A DNA stretch of 64,000 nucleotides from an uncultured Chitinophagaceae bacterium (GTDB lineage: Bacteria; Bacteroidota; Bacteroidia; Chitinophagales; Chitinophagaceae): positions 317,752-381,751 of the forward strand of contig CAVPIO010000001.1 of the NCBI GenBank assembly GCA_963705005.1, given 5' to 3'. Positions 57,135 to 64,000 of the stretch are shown here, piece after piece (the stretch's first letter is position 1; every line of letters begins with the position of its first letter). The notes beneath the pieces were generated by a model that was given only the letters and a program-made list of their open reading frames with translations, did no database searches and was not told the DNA's origin. Made by a program: the position numbers and the translations under genes.

Positions 57135-57497
57135 CTACTTTTTGAGCATGAACCGGAGCACAATAAATCCTATAACAGCCAGCAGTAAAACAATCAGGAT
57201 ACTCCAGTATATCCATGCTCCGAATTGAATATCCGTTTTGCTTCGGCGCGATTTTGTGTGGGATAAATGATGCTGAAGCTGTTGGTTGAGGTGAGTCAGC
57301 GTCTTTGGGATTCCTTCCTTGTCATTTATATGATGCAACCCTTCAACCGCATCTTTTAAAAATGGGTCTGCAGGAACCTGGCCCTCAAAATGCGCCCGTT
57401 CGCTTTCGGAAAGAGATCCCTTCAGGTATTCAAGGATCTTCCTGTTGTCTGGCTTTTCAGACTCACCCGGATCCATATCTTTTTTTTCGTCTGACAT
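57135..57497 (-). CDS. Putative anti-sigma factor (single-pass membrane protein)
   Basis: This is a 120-aa ORF starting 19 nt downstream of the ECF sigma gene. It has a cytoplasmic N-domain and a C-terminal TM helix (WIYWSILIVLLLAVIGFIVL). Confidence 0.55.
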   Translation of the reverse strand: MSDEKKDMDPGESEKPDNRKILEYLKGSLSESERAHFEGQVPADPFLKDAVEGLHHINDKEGIPKTLTHLNQQLQHHLSHTKSRRSKTDIQFGAWIYWSILIVLLLAVIGFIVLRFMLKK

Positions 57498-57516
57498 AAC
57501 TGTTTAGCCTGGTCCG

Positions 57517-58080
57517 CTAAAATTTATCTGTTTTTTTCTCTATGATCAGTCGCAGATTTCTTTTTCCATTCTGAATATAGCTCTTTACCTGCAATAAGCT
57601 AAAGCCTGTTTCAACAGCAATTTCCTGATAAGATTTTTTTTGAAGATAAAAAAGGCTGACGCATCGTTTTTGTTCCGCACTCAGTCCTTCCATAGCCGTT
57701 TCCAATTGCTGTAACAGGTTTTCCTTTTTTAGAAATTCCGGCTCTTCCTCTTCCGCAATCCATTCTTCATTGTCGGTAAAGGATTTTGGCGGAAATTTCT
57801 TGTCCCGCAATTTCATCAGGCAATGATTCTTCGCGATCATATAAAGCCATGAGCTGAAATAAATCACTTCATATTTATGCAAGCCTGTGATGGCTTTCAG
57901 AAAGATCTGTTGCACGGCGTCCTTTGCTTCTTCCTGGTCCTTAAGATATTTCATGGCGACGCCATAGAGCAACAGGGTATATCTTTCCAGCAGTAATCCC
58001 AGCCACATGTTGTTGTGATCCGCATAAAAAAGTTGCAATAGCTCCTTATCGGTTAAACTGGTATGGGATTGTGCAGGCAC
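57517..58080 (-). CDS. ECF-type RNA polymerase sigma-70 factor
   Basis: Region 2 (YGVAMKYLKDQEEAKDAVQQIFLKA) and the region 4 HTH (SYQEIAVETGFSLLQVKSYIQNGKRNL) are present. The start codon (GTG) is uncertain. Confidence 0.85.
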   Translation of the reverse strand: MPAQSHTSLTDKELLQLFYADHNNMWLGLLLERYTLLLYGVAMKYLKDQEEAKDAVQQIFLKAITGLHKYEVIYFSSWLYMIAKNHCLMKLRDKKFPPKSFTDNEEWIAEEEEPEFLKKENLLQQLETAMEGLSAEQKRCVSLFYLQKKSYQEIAVETGFSLLQVKSYIQNGKRNLRLIIEKKTDKF

Positions 58081-58111
58081 GCGTTATTTTCAGCTTTCAG
58101 AACAACGACTT

Positions 58112-58663
58112 TCATATCTTCAGGAATTGCTCCTTGTAGGCAGCGATTGCATCTTCGATCACTTTAAGGGCCGTCGTTTTATCTCCGAATTCTTCCACTA
58201 CAACGGTCTTATTCTCAAGTTTTTTATATTCTTCAAAGAAATGCCTAAGCTCGTCAAAAAAATGTTTGGGCAATTCCTCAATATTATTATAATGGTTAAC
58301 GCTGGGATCGGTTGCCGCCACGGCAATAATCTTATCATCGGCATCGCCACTATCTATCATCTGCATTACGCCCATTACTTTTGCCTCCATAAGGCAAAGT
58401 GGAACCACCGGCAGGGAGGTGATCACCAGGATATCCAGCGGGTCCTTATCATCTCCATAGGTTTGCGGGATAAATCCATAGTTCACCGGATAGTAAAAGG
58501 AAGAATAGATAACGCGGTCAAGCCTGAGTAAGCCGCTTGGCTTGTCAATCTCGTATTTGGCCCTTGCACCCTGGGGAATTTCAATGATGGCATTGACGAT
58601 TCTCGGCGCGTGGCTTCCATATGGAACGCCATGCCAGGGATGTGAAACGGTGTTATTATTCAT
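58112..58663 (-). CDS. ppa: Inorganic pyrophosphatase (family I)
   Basis: It has [24 protein letters not shown] and DKDPLDILV in a 183-aa ORF. Confidence 0.95.
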   Translation of the reverse strand: MNNNTVSHPWHGVPYGSHAPRIVNAIIEIPQGARAKYEIDKPSGLLRLDRVIYSSFYYPVNYGFIPQTYGDDKDPLDILVITSLPVVPLCLMEAKVMGVMQMIDSGDADDKIIAVAATDPSVNHYNNIEELPKHFFDELRHFFEEYKKLENKTVVVEEFGDKTTALKVIEDAIAAYKEQFLKI

Positions 58664-58665
58664 GG

Positions 58666-59067
58666 TTACCTTTTATCATTCAGGATTTCTTTCAGGTCCA
58701 CCAGCCATTCACCGTCTACGCGGACAATATGTACGGTTGTGGTATCTTTTCGGAAACTGTTTGAAAAAGTATAGGAAGTAACGGAATCATTGATCGCATG
58801 AATATTGATCGGCAGAATACTGGCTTCGCGGTATTGCTGCCTGGTATTCCTGTCCATTTTGTCAAATCCCTGTTGCCATTTGCTGATGAGCAGCAGGTTG
58901 ACCGAATCATTCAGAAGATAAAACCTGGCCTTTTCATAATCACCGTCAAGCGATGCACGAATGAACTGTCTGCCCGCATCCTGAGCATCTTCTGCTCTTT
59001 TAAAAGTTTTCCCGGCATCACAGCCAACGATCAGGATCAGGAAAAGGAGGGCGAAAAGGGGTTTCAA
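58666..59067 (-). CDS. Lipoprotein of unknown function
   Basis: It is TTG-initiated with a lipobox signal peptide (M)[15 protein letters not shown]. The mature part of about 115 aa resembles DUF4878-type small lipoproteins (tentative). Confidence 0.6.
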   Translation of the reverse strand: MKPLFALLFLILIVGCDAGKTFKRAEDAQDAGRQFIRASLDGDYEKARFYLLNDSVNLLLISKWQQGFDKMDRNTRQQYREASILPINIHAINDSVTSYTFSNSFRKDTTTVHIVRVDGEWLVDLKEILNDKR

Positions 59068-59121
59068 GATTTCTTTTTTAGGTTAAATATAGGTTTGAAT
59101 TTACAATCTGAACAGATGCAT

Positions 59122-60105
59122 TTACAGGTGCTCAGACGAACCGCCCGTCTCAACCTGCTTGTCTTTCTCATAAGCACGGATAATGGCTTTGACTAGCCTG
59201 TGCCTTACAACATCTTCTTCATCCAATTCAATATGAGCAATACCTTCAATCCCCTTAAGTATATACAAGGCTTTTGCAAGCCCGCTTTTCTGGTTCTTCG
59301 GAAGATCGATCTGGGTCAAATCCCCCGTAATGATGGCCTTTGCATTGGGGCCGATGCGGGTGAGGAACATTTTAATCTGGAGATTCGTTGCATTTTGAGC
59401 CTCATCCAATATGATAAATGCATTATCCAGGGTTCTTCCCCTCATATATGCAAGTGGTGCAATCTCAATGGTTCGGGTGGTCATATAATATCCCAGCTTG
59501 TCGGCTGGTATCATATCATCAAGCGCATCATAAAGTGGCCGCAGGTATGGGTCAATTTTTTCTTTCAGGTCGCCCGGAAGAAAGCCAAGGTTTTCGCCGG
59601 CTTCCACCGCAGGGCGGGTAAGAATAATCTTTTTTACCATTTTGTTTTTCAGGGCCCGCACCGCCATGGCTACAGCCGTGTAGGTTTTGCCGGTTCCTGC
59701 CGGCCCAATAGCAAAAACAATATCGTTTTTTTCTGAAGCGGTAACCAGCTTTTTCTGATTTACCGTCCTGGCCCTCACGGTCTTGCCATTAGGTCCGAAA
59801 ACCAGAATGTCGTTCGGGTTCCGGTCAACAAAATGATCCACCGTCTCGGCATCGTCACCACCGAGGATTTGGGAGAAATAATTTTCCGTCAGGCTTCCGT
59901 TTCTTTCCAGGTATTGCAGGAGAAGATCAATTTTTTCTCTGGCCGATTCCACCTGTTCGGGCGCACCGCTCAACTTTATCTGCGTTCCACGCGAGAGGAT
60001 CTTGAGCAGGGGAAATTTTTTTTTGAGTATGTCCAGCTTGCCATTATTTACACCAAAGAATTCGATAGGATTTACGGTATCCAGGTTGATGATGGTTTCA
60101 GTCAA
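59122..60105 (-). CDS. phoH: PhoH family ATPase
   Basis: It has the Walker A motif GPAGTGKT, ILDEAQN and GDLTQIDLP. The start is a TTG. Confidence 0.9.
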   Translation of the reverse strand: MTETIINLDTVNPIEFFGVNNGKLDILKKKFPLLKILSRGTQIKLSGAPEQVESAREKIDLLLQYLERNGSLTENYFSQILGGDDAETVDHFVDRNPNDILVFGPNGKTVRARTVNQKKLVTASEKNDIVFAIGPAGTGKTYTAVAMAVRALKNKMVKKIILTRPAVEAGENLGFLPGDLKEKIDPYLRPLYDALDDMIPADKLGYYMTTRTIEIAPLAYMRGRTLDNAFIILDEAQNATNLQIKMFLTRIGPNAKAIITGDLTQIDLPKNQKSGLAKALYILKGIEGIAHIELDEEDVVRHRLVKAIIRAYEKDKQVETGGSSEHL

Positions 60106-60163
60106 TTCCGGGTATTTAAAGTTTTCAAAAAAGGTTTTTGCGGCAGCATCTTGTGCGTCCTTT

Positions 60164-60171
60164 CAAATTTA
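60164..60171 (-). promoter_or_regulatory. Candidate -7 promoter box TAAATTTG upstream of phoH
   Basis: The minus-strand TAAATTTG lies 58 nt upstream of the phoH start. Confidence 0.3.
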
Positions 60172-60198
60172 ATTATTTAAACCCATATTTCATTAAAC

Positions 60199-60711
60199 TT
60201 ACTTATTAACAGCTTGTGCATTGGCCCTAAGCATTTCGGCATAGCTCATATTCCTTTCCATTGCGGTAACCGCCAGAGCAATCCGCTTTGATTTTGTCTG
60301 AATAGTCTTTGCACTTTCTATCCATTTGCTGTAATATAATTTATGAGAATGCGGCAGGGCATCAAATCGTTTAAGTGCCAACGGTGAATCGGCCAGGCAC
60401 TCCAGTAGTTCTTTGCAAATCAGAGGCGGTTGCTTGTCTTCCTGAAGCCTTACATTCAACATGGCGCCCTTTTTTTTATGAATGCCTTTTCGGATGGCTG
60501 CATTCAGTGGCAGGATAAAATCTCCGTCTCCCATCGGGAGCAGCGCTGTTTTGGAAATGGAATGTTCATCAAGCTTGCCTTTTACCCGGAAAGATTTTTT
60601 TGTGCCGGGCCTGATCATCTCCGCTATCTCTTTTGGAATTGAAATATAGGTCCACCCGGTTTTCTCACCTTGTTTAGCAAACCGGAGTATGACAGTAGTG
60701 AATTGAACCAT
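60199..60711 (-). CDS. YdeI/OmpD-associated family protein (DUF1905 plus YdeI C-terminal domain)
   Basis: The start was moved to ATG 60709-60711 (MVQFTTVILRFAKQGEKTGWTYISIP...). The C-terminal part is YYSKWIESAKTIQTKSKRI. Confidence 0.7.
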   Translation of the reverse strand: MVQFTTVILRFAKQGEKTGWTYISIPKEIAEMIRPGTKKSFRVKGKLDEHSISKTALLPMGDGDFILPLNAAIRKGIHKKKGAMLNVRLQEDKQPPLICKELLECLADSPLALKRFDALPHSHKLYYSKWIESAKTIQTKSKRIALAVTAMERNMSYAEMLRANAQAVNK

Positions 60712-60774
60712 GATGCAGGCTTCATTAGACAGGATCCCTGCGAAGCCTCCATAAAAATAATCCAAAAGCGGAGA

Positions 60775-61044
60775 TCAGGAAATTTTGAGTTCCTCTTCGA
60801 TCAGGTCGTTGAATTTAGTTGAGCTGTTCCGCACCCAGTCGGGAACCGGATGTTCAGTCACCAGCACCCAGTCATTCCCCTCTTTGTGCATTTTAAACAT
60901 GATGCGGTTTCCCCGATCATCACTAACGTCAACCGAGAAGAGCTCTTCATGCAAACCATTAACTTTCCTGAAATTGAACTCCCGGAGACGGCCCTCAGTT
61001 TTTACCAGCCTGGTAAACTGAATGTTCCTGTTTTGAATTAACAT
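60775..61044 (-). CDS. Small conserved hypothetical protein (89 aa), paralog of 10271-10528
   Basis: The sequence is MLIQNRNIQFTRLVKTEGRLREFNFRKVNG...VDVSDDRGNR..., with the same two invariant blocks as the 85-aa ORF 50 kb away. Confidence 0.7.
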   Translation of the reverse strand: MLIQNRNIQFTRLVKTEGRLREFNFRKVNGLHEELFSVDVSDDRGNRIMFKMHKEGNDWVLVTEHPVPDWVRNSSTKFNDLIEEELKIS

Positions 61045-61147
61045 AAGCTGAAGTATTCGGGAAATATCAACAATTTTCGTGCTATAATTTGGTAAAGGAT
61101 TACTAATATAAGGGTGATTTTATCCACACTACCGTTATTTTTGCCTG

Positions 61148-61384
61148 ATGGCAGAGGAAGTTTTTGCTTCAATTTGTATTCCGGCGTATAAAAGGAGTGA
61201 TTTCCTGGCGCGTCTACTGGATTCCATACTCGTCCAAACCTACTGCCTTTGCGAAGTGATCGTAACAGACGATAGTCCTGGTACCAATGATCAGGTTTCA
61301 ATGCTTCTGGCCGGGGCCCATATTGAGAACCGGGGTTTTTTCCAAATGCCTGATGGGCATTTATTTTATTTTTCAATTCCTTAA
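61148..61384 (+). pseudogene. 5' fragment of a family-2 glycosyltransferase gene (78 codons)
   Basis: SICIPAYKRSDFLARLLDSILVQTY..EVIVTDDSP is a typical GT2 N-terminus. The reading frame ends after 78 codons, and the rest of the GT-A domain is missing. Confidence 0.5.
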
Positions 61385-61392
61385 AATAGCCC

Positions 61393-62400
61393 GTGGTTAA
61401 CCTGTCTATTATTATAATCAATTACAAAAGCCTGCCGCTGATCAGGGATTGCCTGAATTCCATATACATGCACAGGCCTGGGCTTCAATTTGAAATTATC
61501 ATAGTAAATAATGATGAACTGCAGGAAAGGGAAAGCCAGATCATAAACGGATATCCTGAAGTGAAATGGGTCAACATGGGATATAATGCCGGTTTTGCAA
61601 GAGCCAACAACGAAGGCATACGGCGTGCCAACGGAGAAGTTGTTTTATTGCTTAATCCGGATACCATTATTCCGCAAGGCGCGCTGGATAAATGCTTTCT
61701 GCAATTCACCCATTCGGAATACATTGGCTGCGGGGTTCAGCTCCTGAACGAAGATGCCTCTCCGCAGATATCGGGAAATTATTTTATAACCGGCGGACTC
61801 AACTATCTTCTTCCTTTGCCTTATTTAGGGAATTGGATTAAATGGGCGGCCAGACTACTTTCAATAAAAAAGCCTCATGTAGCAGAAGCGAGGACCCGGG
61901 TGGATGTAGACTGGATCAACGGGGCTTTCCTGATGGTTAAGATGTGGGCCGTAAAAAAAGCAGGATTGCTGGATGAGGATTTTTTTCTTTATGCGGAAGA
62001 GGTGGAATGGTGCGCCAGATTAAGAAAAATCGGGAAATTATGTATCCTGGGTGATGTTCAGGTTTTCCATTTGCAGGGTATGACGGCCAATGAAACTTTT
62101 ATTTCCAGGGGGAAAGGATATTATAATCTGTTCGACCGGAAAGGCCTGCAGATTATGATCTCCAACCTCGTAAGGATCAGGAAACAATACGGAAGTTTTT
62201 GGTTCCTGTTTATCCTGATTATTTACACCATTGAAATTCCGTTTTTTTTTGCAGGGGTCTTATTTTCGATGCTTTTGCCGGAAGAAAAAAGGGTCTACAA
62301 CCTGGATCAGGCCCGGGGTTTTGCAAGGAATGTTTTGTTTGTATGGTCGAAAATATCAGAAATCCTTTCAAACAAGCCCTATTTTTATAAAGTACTCTAG
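61393..62400 (+). CDS. Family-2 glycosyltransferase
   Basis: It has LSIIIINYKSLPLIRDCLNSI, a DxD-like NPDT region, GFARANNEGI and a C-terminal TM segment. The start is a GTG. Confidence 0.8.
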   Translation: MVNLSIIIINYKSLPLIRDCLNSIYMHRPGLQFEIIIVNNDELQERESQIINGYPEVKWVNMGYNAGFARANNEGIRRANGEVVLLLNPDTIIPQGALDKCFLQFTHSEYIGCGVQLLNEDASPQISGNYFITGGLNYLLPLPYLGNWIKWAARLLSIKKPHVAEARTRVDVDWINGAFLMVKMWAVKKAGLLDEDFFLYAEEVEWCARLRKIGKLCILGDVQVFHLQGMTANETFISRGKGYYNLFDRKGLQIMISNLVRIRKQYGSFWFLFILIIYTIEIPFFFAGVLFSMLLPEEKRVYNLDQARGFARNVLFVWSKISEILSNKPYFYKVL

Positions 62401-62472
62401 TATGAAATCGTTTTCTATCAGTTACTTTACCAAATGAATTTGTCTGGCTAGTTTAATAATTAATGAATCAGC

Positions 62473-64000
62473 ATGGGCACAGCATTCGCTTATGGAAAAG
62501 ACAGTCTGACGTTACTGAAAGCCATTCAAATCGCGGAAGGAAGTGTAAATGGCATACTCACGGATGAAGTACTGGGAAAAATCAGGAATAGCCAGCAGCA
62601 TGTTAAGAAGATCATATCGCAAAATAAAACAGTCTATGGAATCAATACCGGCTTCGGTGCATTAGCCAATACTAAGATCTCTGAGGAAGATACACGGATC
62701 CTGCAGCACAAAATCCTTCAGAGTCATAGCGTTGGTGTTGGTAAAGCCATTCATCCGTTCCTGGTGAGACTGATGATGATTGCCAAAGTGAATTCCCTCG
62801 CTCAGGGTTATTCCGGTATTCACCCTGCAACACTTGAGCGCATCATATGGCATATTGAAAAGAATATTTCCCCTGTGGTTCCCGAAAAAGGGTCCGTCGG
62901 TGCATCCGGCGACCTGGCTCCGCTTGCACATCTTTTTCTTCCGCTGATTGGATTGGGGGAAGTCATTGTAGAAGGACGGGAAGTTCCATCTTCGGTTATA
63001 CTTGAACAATATGGAATGAAACCGCTGCAGCTCGGCCCGAAAGAGGGGCTTGCCCTGATCAATGGTACGCAGTTTATCCTCGCTTATGCCATCGCCAATC
63101 TGCAGCGTATGCATTATTGTCTGGAAGCCGCCGACCTGATCGGAGCCATGAGCCTGGAAGCGCTTACAGGCACAAAAGCGCCCTTTGATGAGCGCCTGCA
63201 TGCGCTCCGTCCTTTCAAAGGGAACCAGCTGGTTGCGCAGCGGCTCCGCCTGTTACTAAATGATTCAGAGATAATGCAGAGTCATGTTGACTGTGGCCGG
63301 GTCCAGGATCCTTATTCACTTCGCTGTATGCCCCAGGTGCATGGAGCCAGCAGGAATGCCTGGCTGCACCTGAAAGAACTTTCTACCATCGAGTTGAATT
63401 CAGTTACTGACAACCCATTGATCTTTTCGCGAGATGATACGATCAGCGGGGGAAATTTTCACGGCCAGCCTCTTGCCATCCCACTTGATTATGCCTGCGT
63501 TGCTGCTTCGGAGATCGGAAATATTGCCGACAGAAGGTGTTATCTTCTATTGGAAGGTAAATGGGGGCTGCCCCTGCTCCTTATGAAGGATGTTGGTCTG
63601 AATAGCGGATTCATGATACCCCAATACACTACAGCTGCGCTTGTCACTGAAAATAAGACACTTTGCTTTCCTGCAAGTGCCGATAGCATTCCGACTTCTC
63701 TGGGGCAGGAAGATCATGTGAGCATGGGCAGCATCAGCGGCCGAAAACTGGAACAGATCCTGGACAACCTGGAATATATCCTGGCCATTGAATTGATGAC
63801 AGCCTGCCAGGCGATTGAATTCCGCCGTCCGCTCCGGAGCAGTCCGGTCCTGGAACATGCACATGAGTTTATCAGGCAGCAGGTTAGTTTCGCAAATGAA
63901 GACCGGATATTTGCCGACGATATTGCAAAAATCAAAGCCCTCATCAACAGCTTTGATTTTGTCAGAAATATTAACCAGTATGCTGAACATAATAATTTAG
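62473..64000 (+). CDS. hutH: Histidine ammonia-lyase (3' end at or just beyond the window edge)
   Basis: Own translation from ATG 62473 gives MGTAFAYGKDSLTLL...YGINTGFGALAN...GSVGASGDLAPLAHL (the MIO-forming Ala-Ser-Gly)...NGTQF...DPYSLRC...GGNFHGQP... It is open for 509 codons to the window end. It is absent from the ORF track because no stop is reached. Confidence 0.9.
   Translation, partial: MGTAFAYGKDSLTLLKAIQIAEGSVNGILTDEVLGKIRNSQQHVKKIISQNKTVYGINTGFGALANTKISEEDTRILQHKILQSHSVGVGKAIHPFLVRLMMIAKVNSLAQGYSGIHPATLERIIWHIEKNISPVVPEKGSVGASGDLAPLAHLFLPLIGLGEVIVEGREVPSSVILEQYGMKPLQLGPKEGLALINGTQFILAYAIANLQRMHYCLEAADLIGAMSLEALTGTKAPFDERLHALRPFKGNQLVAQRLRLLLNDSEIMQSHVDCGRVQDPYSLRCMPQVHGASRNAWLHLKELSTIELNSVTDNPLIFSRDDTISGGNFHGQPLAIPLDYACVAASEIGNIADRRCYLLLEGKWGLPLLLMKDVGLNSGFMIPQYTTAALVTENKTLCFPASADSIPTSLGQEDHVSMGSISGRKLEQILDNLEYILAIELMTACQAIEFRRPLRSSPVLEHAHEFIRQQVSFANEDRIFADDIAKIKALINSFDFVRNINQYAEHNNL

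Noticed and set aside
61038-61421. 127-aa minus-strand ORF spanning the gap between the small paralog and the GT2 genes
   Set aside because: It has no recognisable motif, overlaps the GT2 fragment on the opposite strand and overlaps the start of the paralog. The GT2-like N-terminus on the plus strand is the better explanation for this stretch.
62662-63990. Minus-strand ORFs 62662-63201 (179 aa) and 63547-63990 (147 aa)
   Set aside because: They are antisense to the hutH reading frame. That frame is open for 509 codons and carries the Ala-Ser-Gly MIO motif.
1-64000. Search for tRNA, rRNA, CRISPR arrays, transposases, integrases, phage genes or known defence genes
   Set aside because: No ORF translates to a recognisable mobile-element or defence protein. 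No tRNA-like or rRNA-like sequence, and no spacer-containing repeat array, was seen by eye. Intergenic gaps are short, with the largest about 318 nt.

Overview
This is a 64-kb chromosomal segment from a Bacteroidota genome, probably Chitinophagales/Sphingobacteriia-like. Supporting signs are a T9SS C-terminal sorting domain, a long NagB-LmbE fusion, TAnnTTTG -7 boxes and no Shine-Dalgarno sequences. It is densely packed with about 65 genes, almost all housekeeping. These include sufB-sufC-sufD, glycolysis genes (pfkA, pyk, pgi), pyrimidine genes (pyrR-pyrB, pyrE), thyA-folA, glnS, prfB, coaD, ppa, pruA and hutH. There are also amino-sugar/glycan enzymes (GH3, NamZ, NagB, glycosylasparaginase), an ECF sigma/anti-sigma pair and one 1315-aa T9SS repeat adhesin. 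I found no rRNA, tRNA, CRISPR array, transposase, integrase, phage gene or recognisable defence gene, and no discrete novel multi-gene system. The most unusual signals are these. (1) Two families of intergenic long hairpins have arms built from tandem heptamers, (GTTGATR)n and (KTAAAAA)n; there are 7 full copies plus a half copy, and several supply the stop codon of the adjacent gene. (2) There is a tight cluster of single-base indels in sufC and sufB, next to an ORF with three in-frame stops, while 60 kb of flanking genes are almost intact. (3) prfB has a textbook +1 programmed frameshift site with an SD-like stimulator, plus a second, unexpected frameshift. (4) An SMS-type PAP2_C enzyme sits next to PhyH and SDR genes and is a candidate sphingolipid module. 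The ORF track uses longest ORFs with alternative start codons, so I moved several starts to better-supported ATG/TTG codons.
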